Shown: positions 20,778-31,061 of the stretch, piece by piece | Layout of the letters: every line of letters begins with the position of its first letter | Numbering within the stretch: position 1 is the stretch's first letter | Source of the DNA: a virus | IMG/VR virus record: IMGVR_UViG_3300045988_169928 | Span: 45,391-109,390 of that record | Reading direction: 5' to 3' (one strand) | DNA: 64,000 bases | Position numbers and translations under genes: made by a program | The notes under the pieces: model-generated | The model's database searches: none | Seen by the model: only the letters and a program-made list of their open reading frames with translations | Told to the model about the DNA's origin: nothing

Positions 20778-21073
20778 TAGCTATTGCCAACCCCCTTCCT
20801 TTTATTATAAAACAAATAACAAGTCTTAGAATCAAAGCATAAATTGGTTTCAAAGCCGGGTACTATCTGTAAATGCTTATGTTTAACCGTCACAATATAC
20901 TTCTGGTTAGTCAACATATATTCTGTTAAATGACGACCACACAATGCACAAACCCTTAGAGTGTGAATAGAACGATTACATTTTTTAACTATTTTAGTAT
21001 TAATGGCTTCATTAGTGATTAGCTTTCGTTTCTTCTTATAATCTTCATACAGAATAATAAAACCCCCAATCAT
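20777..21073 (-). CDS. hypothetical Cys-containing small protein
   Basis: 98 aa. RVCALCGRH motif. Confidence 0.4.
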   Translation of the reverse strand: MIGGFIILYEDYKKKRKLITNEAINTKIVKKCNRSIHTLRVCALCGRHLTEYMLTNQKYIVTVKHKHLQIVPGFETNLCFDSKTCYLFYNKRKGVGNS

Positions 21074-21108
21074 ATATAATATATAAGATCGAGGGTATTT
21101 ATATTAGA

Positions 21109-21720
21109 TTATTTATCTGCTGAACTAGCTGGTTCGCTGGCACTCGTGGAAGCGGAAGCTGATTCTGGTTCACTTGCAACTGTTGAAGCCGAAGCGGGTT
21201 CACTTTGGCTATCGCTAGTTGAGGCTGATTCTGGTTCGCTTGCAACCGTTGAAGCTGATTCAGGTTCACTAGCACTTGTAGAAGCGGGGGCTGATTCACT
21301 TTGAGTAGCTCTTGCACTAGCCGATTCGCTTTGGCTATCAGCCGTTGGAGCGGAAGCCGGTGCAGAATCACTGGCACTTGTTGAAGTAGAAGATGGTGCG
21401 GGATCACTTTGACTTGCGCTTTGCGGTTGGCTTGCACTCGCACTTTGCGGATAGGTTACACCGTCAACTGTTTCTCCAACAAAATCTTTGCCCGTAATCT
21501 TACTATAATCATCTACTGATACATAACCGGGCGACCAGGTACTCCTAACAAAGTTATCAATGTTACCAGTCATGCTATACAACAACTGCTTGGAATCATA
21601 GTCAAGTTTGTGTCGTGCCTCTGAAAACATGGAATCTTGCAGTTCTTGGAGTTGTTGCTTAGACTTTGATAACAGTCCCATTAACTCATTAATCTTTTCT
21701 GAACGTTCCTCTGGCGTCAA
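21109..21720 (-). CDS. protein with C-terminal S/A/E/P-rich tandem repeats (SEPESAS units)
   Basis: The N-terminal ~95 aa look globular. The rest is ASEPESAST-type repeats, encoded by ~48-nt tandem DNA repeats at about 21130-21450. Confidence 0.5.
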   Translation of the reverse strand: MTPEERSEKINELMGLLSKSKQQLQELQDSMFSEARHKLDYDSKQLLYSMTGNIDNFVRSTWSPGYVSVDDYSKITGKDFVGETVDGVTYPQSASASQPQSASQSDPAPSSTSTSASDSAPASAPTADSQSESASARATQSESAPASTSASEPESASTVASEPESASTSDSQSEPASASTVASEPESASASTSASEPASSADK

Positions 21721-21722
21721 AA

Positions 21723-22085
21723 TTATTCACCTTCCTGTGGGTCTGTACTACCACCTAGCAATAACCTTGTCAATAATGAAACACTGTTTTGTAAATCAAC
21801 AAAGTTATTCTTTAAGGCAATAACATCATCAGCAATACTTGCGGATTGATTTTGTAATAGATTACTACTGTTAGCCGCCACTAATTCTTGGTTTGATCCT
21901 GTCCAACTATTTGTATCAGGGTGCCAAACAGCGTCATCAAGAATAATCTCCTTGCCATTAACCATAGCAATCGGCGGAATTAACGTCCCATTACTCGGAA
22001 CATCTGTCATATCAACCACAGTTAAATATTGGTAAGTAGTTGGGTCAAAGATAAATACTTGCTGTTTTTCCTGCTTTTCTGCCAA
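21723..22085 (-). CDS. hypothetical protein
   Basis: 120 aa, 3 nt downstream of the previous gene's start region. No motif. Confidence 0.45.
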   Translation of the reverse strand: MAEKQEKQQVFIFDPTTYQYLTVVDMTDVPSNGTLIPPIAMVNGKEIILDDAVWHPDTNSWTGSNQELVAANSSNLLQNQSASIADDVIALKNNFVDLQNSVSLLTRLLLGGSTDPQEGE

Positions 22086-22105
22086 AGTTTTACCCCCTTA
22101 CTTAT

Positions 22106-22705
22106 TTAGTGAGCGGAACTTGCGGGTTCAGATGAACTGCTTGCTGGTTGACTGGCGCTTGTAGGGCTTGAGGCACTCGTAGCCGGTTGACTGGACGTAC
22201 TTGCGCTTGCAGGTGCTTGACTAGCGGAACTGTTAGCCTTAACGTCAGCATTAAGTTCAGGAACACTCGTAAGGTATGCGTCATAAGTATGAATGTTGTA
22301 AGTCCCTAAAATGTGAGCCTTGAGGGCTTGAAGAAGCGCTTGCCCATCGTCGCCAAAATAACTTACTTGACGAAGCGTGTTAAACCGTTCGTACGGTTGA
22401 TCTTCCTTGTGTTCAACCTTGTAAGAAACTTGCTTCTTATCACTATCTAAAGTAATAACTAACTTACCCTTTGTAGGGTCAGAGAATTGTTGTTCAGTTA
22501 CATGATATACATTACTCCCAACAATTGCAAAGAACTGCGGATAATCGCCCCCATCAACGTAAACGTTACCACTATCAGTAATGTTCTTAATTACCACAAA
22601 CTTGTTGTTAAGATCAGCTAACTTAACGCCACCTACTGCCTTAATTAAATTAGTAAGGTTAATCTTCATTTCTTGTTCTGCCTGTTCGGCGGTCTTTAAA
22701 GCCAT
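22106..22705 (-). CDS. protein with S/A/P-rich low-complexity C-terminus
   Basis: 199 aa. The C-terminal ~50 aa are SASQAPASASTSSQPATSASSPTSASQPASSSSEPASSAH. Confidence 0.5.
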   Translation of the reverse strand: MALKTAEQAEQEMKINLTNLIKAVGGVKLADLNNKFVVIKNITDSGNVYVDGGDYPQFFAIVGSNVYHVTEQQFSDPTKGKLVITLDSDKKQVSYKVEHKEDQPYERFNTLRQVSYFGDDGQALLQALKAHILGTYNIHTYDAYLTSVPELNADVKANSSASQAPASASTSSQPATSASSPTSASQPASSSSEPASSAH

Positions 22706-22856
22706 TTATAAACCCCTTTTCTGTACTTGTTCTAATAATAATATATCAAAAACAAAAGCCTAGGCTGTTACACCTAGACTTTAACATGGAAAACTATTTG
22801 AAGGAGGATAGTATTAACTGTCTTTAGTATAACATACTATTACCATCTGTCAACCA

Positions 22857-24326
22857 TTAATAAGATAAAACTTGGCCCGGGTAAATCAAGTTAGCATTGG
22901 AAAGACCATTCTTAGCCTTTAATGAATACCAAGATACCCCTAACCGACTAGCAATACCAGATAGTGTGTCACCAGACCGGACTGTATAAGTACGTGAACT
23001 AGATTGACTACCACTAATCTTTAAAACTTGACCCGGATAGATCCAGTTTGGGTTAGAAATACCATTTAGGTTAGCAATGGCACTAGCGGTTGTCCCATAA
23101 CGACTAGCAATACTAGAAAGGTTGTCACCACTCTTAACCGTATAAGTAGTAGCCGATGAACCATTAGAACTACCACTAACCTTAATTACTTGACCCGGAT
23201 AAATCAAGTTAGCATTACTAATTCCGTTTAAACTAGCCAAGGCACTGGTTGACATTCCATAACGACTAGCAATCCCCGATAAGGTGTCACCACTCTTAAC
23301 AACGTAAGAATTAGTGGAAACATTATTAGCAATTGGGGCCGTGGCCTTATTTGAAACACTACCACCCTTATCACTATCAGCAACTCGGAGTGTTTGTCCC
23401 GGGTAGATCAAGTTCGGGTTAGAAATACCATTCAAGGTAGCTAAGGCGTTTACAGTCATGTTGTACTTGCTTGCAATGGCTGATAAGGTATCACCACTCT
23501 TAACAGTATAACTGTGTGTATCTTGGTGCAGTTGTTGACCAGTTACAGTTGCCGGTGTCTTAGTTGCTGGGTGTTGAGCATTCCCGTTCTTATAACCATT
23601 CTCGGTAATACCAGTAAAGTCTACATTTCCATCAAGACCACCAGCAATATAGGTTGATGTAAATTGTAACATCTGGACATTATCAAAGGACGGGAAATAG
23701 TTATAATTTGGTTCGGTGGTCACTTGATAATTTGGATATTCGGCCAACCATAACGGGTACTGATTAGCAATCTCTTGCAAGCCATCTGTCCCCAAGTGGT
23801 TAATCAAGAATCCCTTATAACCGTAAAGAACAGCCGTGTAACCAGCGTCTTGCACCCGCTTTAACGCATACTCAACACTTGCCGTGTCTGGATTACCAGA
23901 TTCCACGTCAAGGGCCACAATCGATCCTTTAGGTGTTTGAATCCTAGGAAGGTAGTAGTTAAGCATTTGGTCGGCTTGCCATGTACCACTAAACTGGGCA
24001 AAAATGTACGTATGGGCACGCTTGTTTTGGGCGATGGTATTAGCAACTTGAGAAGAATAAGTGCTTTGAGGTATAAAGGTACCATTGTAATACCCACCAA
24101 TTTGGGAGATTGAAAAGTCGTCTCGTGAATATCCCCAGATACCAGAATTACCTTGATACTTTGACCAGTCCACACCATAGTGCTTAATTGTTGCGGCATG
24201 GGCAACTAACGTAGTAGATACCTTATTTTCAGCTAAAGGTACAGCACCAGTAGCAACCGGAGTTGATAGAGCAAGAGTAGCCATCGCTAATACAATTGGC
24301 ACTGTGTATCGTTTTTTAAATGTCAT
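22857..24326 (-). CDS. endolysin: signal peptide + GH25 muramidase + four LysM domains
   Basis: N-terminal hydrophobic signal-like segment. GVDWSKYQG (GH25 GIDVS..QG motif). Four repeats of [17 protein letters not shown]...LNGISNxNLIYPGQ (LysM). Confidence 0.85.
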   Translation of the reverse strand: MTFKKRYTVPIVLAMATLALSTPVATGAVPLAENKVSTTLVAHAATIKHYGVDWSKYQGNSGIWGYSRDDFSISQIGGYYNGTFIPQSTYSSQVANTIAQNKRAHTYIFAQFSGTWQADQMLNYYLPRIQTPKGSIVALDVESGNPDTASVEYALKRVQDAGYTAVLYGYKGFLINHLGTDGLQEIANQYPLWLAEYPNYQVTTEPNYNYFPSFDNVQMLQFTSTYIAGGLDGNVDFTGITENGYKNGNAQHPATKTPATVTGQQLHQDTHSYTVKSGDTLSAIASKYNMTVNALATLNGISNPNLIYPGQTLRVADSDKGGSVSNKATAPIANNVSTNSYVVKSGDTLSGIASRYGMSTSALASLNGISNANLIYPGQVIKVSGSSNGSSATTYTVKSGDNLSSIASRYGTTASAIANLNGISNPNWIYPGQVLKISGSQSSSRTYTVRSGDTLSGIASRLGVSWYSLKAKNGLSNANLIYPGQVLSY

Positions 24327-24414
24327 GAAAATTAAGTCCCCTTTCTTCTTTTAATTTAGCTAAAAAGCCCAAGTGATTAAACTTAGGCTTTAATGTTAGC
24401 TTATAAATTAATAT

Positions 24415-24939
24415 TTACTTGGCTGGGGAATCTACCTTTGGTTCTGCTTCCGCTTCCGGCTTTGGTTGTGCTTCTACCTCCGGTTGTGCTTCAACTTCTT
24501 GCTTTGGTTCAGCTGGCTTGTTATCTACTACCAAATCCCCTGCACTCATGTATTGTGCGTGAGCCTGTTCAAGCGTATCTACCTTTGGTTCAACCGGCTT
24601 CTTGTATACTGCCAAAGTCCCGGCACTCTTGAGTTGTGAATAAGCCTGTTCAAGTGCATTCCCTAACACTTGTTCATCAACCTTATCATAACCTAACTTA
24701 GCTAATTCTTCCTTAGCGATTGCAAGGGCCTTAGCAAACTGTTCATTACCAGTTAAGCTATCCAAAACCCCGGTCTTTTCAGCTACTACCACAGCGTCCT
24801 TAGCGACCATTGGTAACACACCAATCAAACCTGATAAAGCAGAACTCTTACCCATCGCCTTAGCAATATAACCAGTAATAACTGGCAAAGCCAACACAGC
24901 TAAAGCTACAATTACATCGGCGAAATTACGTACTACCAT
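24415..24939 (-). CDS. holin-like membrane protein with Pro/Glu-rich tail
   Basis: N-terminal TM segments (VIVALAVLALPVITGYI, LIGVLPMV). Immediately upstream of the endolysin. Confidence 0.45.
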   Translation of the reverse strand: MVVRNFADVIVALAVLALPVITGYIAKAMGKSSALSGLIGVLPMVAKDAVVVAEKTGVLDSLTGNEQFAKALAIAKEELAKLGYDKVDEQVLGNALEQAYSQLKSAGTLAVYKKPVEPKVDTLEQAHAQYMSAGDLVVDNKPAEPKQEVEAQPEVEAQPKPEAEAEPKVDSPAK

Positions 24940-25315
24940 TTTGATTAATCTCCTTTGCCTGATCCAAGTTAGTATTTAGACGGCTCACCTTTTTGGTTAA
25001 ATCATCTATCTGCTTATTTAATATATCAATTTTATCTTTAAGTTGTTGGTTTTCAAACTCTTTTTCTTCTCTTAATCGGCGTTCATTAATCAGATTGTTA
25101 TTTGCGTCTGTCAACTTACTATTAAGTTCATCAACAGTCTTGTTTAATTTATCCACCCGGTTAAATAGTTCCCGTAAGGTTGAATTAAACTGTTCAATTA
25201 ACTGATTATTGCTGTTAACTGTCACTTCCTTACGTTTAGCCACATAGGATAGAATGGCGGACAAACTAGAACCACCTAGAAACGAAACTAATAAGGTTAC
25301 AATAGCATTATTCAT
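24926..25315 (-). CDS. membrane-anchored coiled-coil protein (lysis cassette)
   Basis: Likely start ATG at 25315 (RBS GGAGGT). The track ORF 24926..25363 overlaps the upstream gene. One TM segment then heptad-like coiled coil. Confidence 0.45.
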   Translation of the reverse strand: MNNAIVTLLVSFLGGSSLSAILSYVAKRKEVTVNSNNQLIEQFNSTLRELFNRVDKLNKTVDELNSKLTDANNNLINERRLREEKEFENQQLKDKIDILNKQIDDLTKKVSRLNTNLDQAKEINQNGST

Positions 25316-25766
25316 TATTACCTCCATTATCATCAGAACTAATGGAAGATAAACTAGATTCAATTAACAGGCGAACCACTACAAAGCCAATTAGAACCGT
25401 GCCGGCTGAAAACGGCGGGAGAAATGGTTTAACCATATCCTGAACAAGATAGGCCATGAATAACGCTAACCATACCCCCGTTCCTAAGGCCAAGACAATC
25501 TGATCTAGATGATAACGATGGGTTCGGAGTAAACCAACCACCAATAACAAAAAACCAGTTAAAATTAATATCATGGATCCCCAAGGGCCACCAAAGAATG
25601 AAAAAGCGTGCAAAACCGGCTTAGTAGCGTCATCTTTAAAATATGGGTGGACTAAGAAAGACAAACCTACTAAGATTGATTCGACACCTGTGACAATCAG
25701 AAAGGTGTATCGTCTAAAAAACATTTTTAATTTTACACCACCTACATTATAATTGAACTGAACCAC
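25308..25766 (-). CDS. four-TM membrane protein (holin-like candidate)
   Basis: Four hydrophobic segments. Position at the head of the lysis cassette. Confidence 0.45.
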   Translation of the reverse strand: MVQFNYNVGGVKLKMFFRRYTFLIVTGVESILVGLSFLVHPYFKDDATKPVLHAFSFFGGPWGSMILILTGFLLLVVGLLRTHRYHLDQIVLALGTGVWLALFMAYLVQDMVKPFLPPFSAGTVLIGFVVVRLLIESSLSSISSDDNGGNNE

Positions 25767-25797
25767 TATATAATATAGCTAGACAGGAGGTGCGAAC

Positions 25798-26007
25798 ATG
25801 AAGTGTGTAACCGGTAAAATCTGTTATAAAGATCGGCTTGACGCTATTATTGCGCTTAGTCGGATTCAAGAGAAAACTAAAAAACTATATAAAAAAGAGT
25901 GGCACTACCCAATCAGGGCATACCACTGTAATTTGTGTCAATATTGGCATTTAACTTCCAAACCATATTTTAGAAAGGAAGATGATCAATCTCGCCATCA
26001 CCCATAA
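25798..26007 (+). CDS. small Cys/His-rich protein (zinc-ribbon-like)
   Basis: RBS AGGAGG 7 nt upstream. CYKD...CNLCQYWH. A lone plus-strand gene among minus-strand genes. Confidence 0.45.
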   Translation: MKCVTGKICYKDRLDAIIALSRIQEKTKKLYKKEWHYPIRAYHCNLCQYWHLTSKPYFRKEDDQSRHHP

Positions 26008-26419
26008 GAGGCATATTATCTTCCTTGGGAACCCGGTGCTTAACTGGTTGATCTTGATCAGCGTTCTTCAATGATCTAATAATCTGACTAGCTTTTTGCT
26101 TAGTCAGATTACTCAATTCATCTTCATCTTGAACGTGTAAGCCCGCTCGTTTCTGTAAGCTACGAATATAGCTGACTTGCTTCATTGTTACCAGGTTATT
26201 ATGTGGTTGTGCTTCCTCTTGTTGTTCATAGGAAGATCCACTAGACGTCTTAGGGCTAATCTTTAGAGTAACCACTAGCTGTTTAGCTTGACCTAGTTGT
26301 TTCATACTTAGGATTGTAATATCATTATCCTGATTATCTTCCCACAAGTAGTTTAACTGTTTCTCTAAGTCAGGGGCAGTTTTCCAAGTAATCACTTTGC
26401 TAAGTAACATACGTATCAT
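25970..26419 (-). CDS. hypothetical protein
   Basis: 149 aa ORF. No motif. Confidence 0.4.
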   Translation of the reverse strand: MIRMLLSKVITWKTAPDLEKQLNYLWEDNQDNDITILSMKQLGQAKQLVVTLKISPKTSSGSSYEQQEEAQPHNNLVTMKQVSYIRSLQKRAGLHVQDEDELSNLTKQKASQIIRSLKNADQDQPVKHRVPKEDNMPLMGDGEIDHLPF

Positions 26420-26630
26420 TCCTTTCTTGATTCTAAACTAATGATAGCTTTTGCAGGGTTTTTAATAATTTAGGGTTTCCCAATAATTCATTCATAGCTG
26501 ATTTAAAGTCAATCTCAACAGTCTTGTTTACAACACTGCTTATCTCTTTACTGGGGACTTTAACGAATTGTCCTCTTAACTTTTGATTCATTATTTCAAC
26601 TCCTTTCTTTACCATCTATTATATCAGTAA

Positions 26631-27443
26631 CTAACTATTTAATGAAAAACCAATTAACTTATTATATTTATCACGTTGTTTAACAGCTTCTTCCAATGTT
26701 TTGAACTCACCTAAATACTTATCTTTGCGTCCACCATATGAAACCCATTTACTACGGCGCTTATCATAATAAATATAAGAGTGTCCACTCAAACCAGGGC
26801 GTACATCACGATTACGCTGTTGTGTCTTATGTGAAGCCCATCTAATATTACCAGGAACATACCCCTTATGATTATCAATTCGATCAACAGTATAATCTGG
26901 ACTAGGCTTTGGCCCTAACTCCTTAAAAAATCCAACTGGAGAATTAATCCAATCAGGATATACTTTAGGGCCGTCAACAATCAATTCATCATAATGCTTA
27001 AATGCCTTATGCCGAGGATTAGTAGTTCGTGCAATCATAGCAATCCAACTCTGGTATCTAGGATCATTAGACAGTCCATTTTGAGACCGGGAAATATGAC
27101 CACAGCTACTAGTATGTCCACTTTTAACATCACCAATTGTAGATATAAACAATTTACCACAGGTACACTGAATTTGATAATACCAATTAAAATACTTGTC
27201 ATGATACATTGGTTTAATAACCTGAAGGCCATTAATAATTTGTCCAGAATAATCAACTTTAGGACACCAATGGCACTTAACTGTATCACCATTACGTAAA
27301 TGATCAGCTCGTACATCAATGTGATGTCCACAATCACACTTACAGTGATAATAACGAGGACGATCCTTCAAACTTTCTATGACAACTAATTTACCGAACC
27401 GTTTACCAACTGAAATTGGCGGATATTTATGGATATTAGCCAT
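26631..27443 (-). CDS. HNH homing endonuclease with C-terminal AP2 domain
   Basis: N-terminal Cys/His clusters. DRIDNHKGYVPGNIRWASHKTQQRN (HNH_3-type motif). C-terminal SKWVSYGGRKDKYLGEFKTLEEAVKQRDKY (AP2-like). Confidence 0.8.
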   Translation of the reverse strand: MANIHKYPPISVGKRFGKLVVIESLKDRPRYYHCKCDCGHHIDVRADHLRNGDTVKCHWCPKVDYSGQIINGLQVIKPMYHDKYFNWYYQIQCTCGKLFISTIGDVKSGHTSSCGHISRSQNGLSNDPRYQSWIAMIARTTNPRHKAFKHYDELIVDGPKVYPDWINSPVGFFKELGPKPSPDYTVDRIDNHKGYVPGNIRWASHKTQQRNRDVRPGLSGHSYIYYDKRRSKWVSYGGRKDKYLGEFKTLEEAVKQRDKYNKLIGFSLNS

Positions 27444-27566
27444 ATTAAATCAACCCCCTATAAAATAAAAATAGATATGCAAACTACTTATCGTCTGCAT
27501 ATCTATTATAAAACATACCTATTTAAATATCAATCAAAATAGTATTAATCATTGGGGTAGTAGAGA

Positions 27567-28184
27567 TTACCACCAGCCATTGGCTACCCAATGATCCTTA
27601 GCATTTTGCCAGCTACCGTATCGTTCTAAGCAGTAATTATCAGCTACTTGTTCTTGGTTTGCTGGCGAATAGTCACCATTTAGGTAAGAGCTGGAAAGTT
27701 GGTAGCGACCAGTATATTGACCGTTCTGGGCGGTGTAGGAGCCACCGGATTCACGCTGGGCAATCCATTCCTTAGCTTCCTGTTCACTGCTAGATTGGTT
27801 ATTGCTAGTGGTGTTATCAACTGGTTGCTGGTTAGTTTGTGGTTGACTAACACTGGCAGTTTGGTTAGCCGGTTGATGACTAACCGGTTGTTGGTTTACT
27901 GACCCAGTTAAATTTAATTGTTGACCAACCTGAATAAAATCCTTATTAGCAAGGTTGTTATCCTTAACTAATTGATCAACACTGGTATTGTAGGTAGTGG
28001 CAATTTCACTTAAAGTATCACCAGATTGAACCGTGATAATGTTTCCATTGCGAGTGCTGGCGTCAGCTTCGTCACTGTTTGATGTTACGCCAATAGCAGT
28101 CACACCTAACATTAATCCAACACCTAATACTAACTTTAACTTATTATGATTAGACTTATTAGTTTCTTTTAAAATAAAAACCAC
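27567..28184 (-). CDS. secreted LysM-domain protein with C-terminal APF/transglycosylase-like domain
   Basis: Signal-peptide-like N-terminus. LysM (ITVQSGDTLSEIATTYNTSVDQLVKDNNL). The C-terminal GRYQLSSSYLNGDYSPANQEQVADNYCLERYGSW...ANGWW resembles the conserved C-terminal domain of Lactobacillus aggregation-promoting-factor / LysM-transglycosylase proteins (from memory). Confidence 0.55.
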   Translation of the reverse strand: MVFILKETNKSNHNKLKLVLGVGLMLGVTAIGVTSNSDEADASTRNGNIITVQSGDTLSEIATTYNTSVDQLVKDNNLANKDFIQVGQQLNLTGSVNQQPVSHQPANQTASVSQPQTNQQPVDNTTSNNQSSSEQEAKEWIAQRESGGSYTAQNGQYTGRYQLSSSYLNGDYSPANQEQVADNYCLERYGSWQNAKDHWVANGWW

Positions 28185-28269
28185 CCTTTCTATTATGTTA
28201 ATAATATAACCTTATAGGTTTAATTGCAATAACACAGTTATATCATTTACTTTACAAGTATTACATTTA

Positions 28270-28716
28270 TTACTTGTTCTGTAACACAAACTGAACGAGG
28301 AACTCATCATTAAATTCTTGGAACTTTGGCGTACCATCGTCATTACTACCAACACATACCGCTTCCCGCTTAATAACCTTTAATGATGGTGAGGTTACTG
28401 GGGTTAGAATCTTACTTAGTTTTAGATACAGCCAGTTAAACTCCTTTGGCAAGTAACCAATGTGTAATGGCTGATTAATGGCCTTAAACACCACCTTAAC
28501 GGCGTTGTGGTCGTACTGGTTATCTGGTTCGGTAATCAGATCAATGGAATAGTTGTAAACCCTTTCTTGTTGACCGTTTTCATCATAACTAAAATCTGGC
28601 ATTGCCTTCATTAACAGTTCATCGACTTCATTCTGGTGAAAGGTAGTACCAACCACCTTAAAAGTGACTAAGATCTGATTATCGTCTAAATCATAGATTA
28701 CAAAGTGACCCTTCAT
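28270..28716 (-). CDS. hypothetical protein
   Basis: 148 aa. No motif. Confidence 0.45.
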   Translation of the reverse strand: MKGHFVIYDLDDNQILVTFKVVGTTFHQNEVDELLMKAMPDFSYDENGQQERVYNYSIDLITEPDNQYDHNAVKVVFKAINQPLHIGYLPKEFNWLYLKLSKILTPVTSPSLKVIKREAVCVGSNDDGTPKFQEFNDEFLVQFVLQNK

Positions 28717-28731
28717 GTTGAAACAACCTCC

Positions 28732-28962
28732 TTAATTCTCATGGTGATAGACAATGGTTAATACAGTTGCATACTGTGCAATATCAACTAATTCAGTGTC
28801 AATCTTAAAAGCGTCAACCTTGACGTCTTGCTGGTCATACTTAGCTAACCATTTATTTAACTTATTAACACATTTTTTTACATCTTCATCACTATAGTAT
28901 GGTTCAATATATGCTGATTTATTAACCTTATTACCATAGAAACTATTAGTTAGATACTCCAT
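28732..28962 (-). CDS. hypothetical protein
   Basis: 76 aa. First ORF-track gene of the minus-strand unit leaving the control region. Small upstream minus-strand ORFs of 35 aa (29137-29241, one TM) and 54 aa (about 28953-29117) are also open. Confidence 0.4.
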   Translation of the reverse strand: MEYLTNSFYGNKVNKSAYIEPYYSDEDVKKCVNKLNKWLAKYDQQDVKVDAFKIDTELVDIAQYATVLTIVYHHEN

Positions 28963-30737
28963 AGTTCTTCTACCCCCACTTCATGTACCTTACGTCCGTC
29001 TGGGAATACCACTGTGAACTCCTCTTTTAATAAGTTCACGCCAAGTAACCTAACTGGCTTACCTTGGTACATTACTGCTTGTCCAGTCTGAAAACAATGT
29101 TCTGCTTGATTCATTTCCATCTTAACTACTGACCTTCTTATCCGAGAAACAGTGCTACTAACAGTAAACTAACCAGACTACCTACGATCACACTGGTGGT
29201 TAGGTTAATTAAATCATAGTTAAACTGATCTTCTTCTTTCATCTAGTCCATCTTACTTTCTATTTGATTGTCTTTATTATCTACCACTACGTCCTAATTG
29301 TCAATACTTTTTTCTAATCAATGGTAAAAATAAAGTTCTGACTATTTCTATCTTAATAATATTAACCTAGTTAGTTGTTCTAATCTTTATCCCTAATTAA
29401 TGAATGTTTATTCCAGTTTTTCAGTTATATTCATTTCTATTAATTCTTACAGTAAATACTGGTGTTATATCCTTGTTGTAAGAATATTCATTTCTAACTG
29501 TTATATGTATACTAGCTAACTCCGTCCTAGCTATTCTAACCTAACCTAAGAGTTAAACCAAGAATGTTAACCAAGAAGATAAAACTTTAAGGGTTAAACC
29601 TTTAAGAGTTATCTCTTTCTGGATAACAGTTTACAAGGAAGTAACCTGTTATCCAAAGTTTAACCTTGACAATATGTGAACACCCGAGTTTGGGTTGAGG
29701 GAGTGAAGGGGAAGGTTAAACTTTTACCTCCTACTCCGGACAGAAAATACAGATTAATACATAGGAATTAACTGATGGAATAGGGGGTAAGAGTTGTAAG
29801 TGATTAATATTGGGAAACACCGAGTTTGGTATATCGGTCGTTCGGGTATAGTACATCACAGGGGAACCTTTACTATGAAACGTATTTCAACTGGATCAAT
29901 CTAACAGCTTTTTAAAACCTCCGGAAGTCCCGGTTTCTGATCATTGGTATTATCACTAATACCTTTAACCATAATTAGTTAAGCAGTGTTCACCATTCCT
30001 GATTACTTTTTAGCTTACCTAGTTCCAACAAGTGTCGGTCTGTTAGCTCCTCCCCTTGGTTACTTGTAACTTAATGTTTAGCATATCAAGACCAAACATC
30101 ACCAGTTACAAGACCGTTAGGGAACTTCCCTACCAGCCGTGCCTTATAGTAGCACTCACTAATACTAAAGCTACGGCCCTAGGTTTTAATTGGTTCCCCC
30201 ATGAATCAGGCTAATTTGTAGCTTCGCATGAATTTTATAGTTAGGCTCATGACACCATCTCAATCGGTTTTAAGACCCTTATTCCTCTCTGGCAACCTAG
30301 TAGCAAGTCATATGCTATTCAGTTGTGATAGTCCAGTCTTGGATATAGAACCCGGAACTTGCTTGATTTATAGTTCCCAAACCTGTAATTGTAACGCGCC
30401 TCATGAGACCTTGCCTTGTGGGGGGCGTTCACCTCGTTATCCCATTGCCTAATCAAGTAGGCTTAACTCAAACGGTGAAGTTGATATTTAACTGTAAGAT
30501 ACTAGGACACACGGTTTTGCCCTTATCCTAGTAGGGTACTCGTAGCTATTTCAACGGGTATTGAACGTTCTACTCATACTCACCAATCTCTTGGTTTTAA
30601 TTTAACCCTAGTATATCACAACCAACAATAGAGGCAAGGGATTTGCCTAAATTTATCAAAAAAAATTTGAAATTCTCTTGACGTTGATAAAAAGTGGGTA
30701 TAAACTAGAACCATGAAATAGAAAAGGAGACACAATT
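28963..30737. promoter_or_regulatory. 1.8-kb ORF-poor divergent control region: AT-rich block with direct repeats, GTTAAAC-type iterons, GC-richer structured segment, and outward promoters
   Basis: No ORF >60 aa on either strand except a weak 74-aa frame. ATATTCATTTCTA x2 (29426, 29484). TGTTAA(A)CCAAGAA x2 plus three more GTTAAAC/GTTTAAC copies (29551-29725). Minus-strand promoter with AAAGTATTGACAATT motif at about 29296. Plus-strand promoter TTGACG-N-TATAAA at about 30679-30707. Confidence 0.5.
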
Positions 30738-31061
30738 ATGCACTGGTACCGAATGAATTTAGGAACTAATTTCCCAGTTTTAAGCGAGAGAACCACCAGT
30801 GCCTTTGTCAACGTATTACGGGATAATAACTCCCCAGAACATAAGGCTGTTGAAAACTACGACCACTTTGGCTTAGTTCACATTGGATTAGATGTTCACG
30901 GGGTATATTTACAGACACAATCAAATAGCATTGAATGTGCCCACGAACGATTCACAGAGATTATCTTGCAAGTAATTAAATCTCTTAATATCAGCGAAGT
31001 TAACGATGAAACTATTGAACACGCCGTAGTAGAACAAGGAATCATTAGACAAGGGCTATAA
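30738..31061 (+). CDS. hypothetical early protein
   Basis: RBS AAAAGGAGA. 107 aa. First plus-strand gene after the control region. Confidence 0.5.
   Translation: MHWYRMNLGTNFPVLSERTTSAFVNVLRDNNSPEHKAVENYDHFGLVHIGLDVHGVYLQTQSNSIECAHERFTEIILQVIKSLNISEVNDETIEHAVVEQGIIRQGL

Noticed and set aside
21099-21443. 114-aa ORF rich in Q/L/P repeats, plus other short internal/antisense ORFs (for example 668-871, 2076-2306, 6378-6653, 15494-16615 plus-strand set, 23861-24205, 27035-27337, 48223-48448, 52566-53039, 55578-56468, 61678-61935, 62403-62820)
   Set aside because: All lie inside or antisense to longer, better-supported genes. Several are reading-frame echoes of repeat regions. No RBS support.
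29700-30700. Group II intron or additional tRNA genes in the GC-richer part of the control region
   Set aside because: No domain V-like hairpin (AGC triad with GNRA loop), no tRNA T-arm GTTCRANYC with matching acceptor stems. Retained only as an unclassified structured segment.
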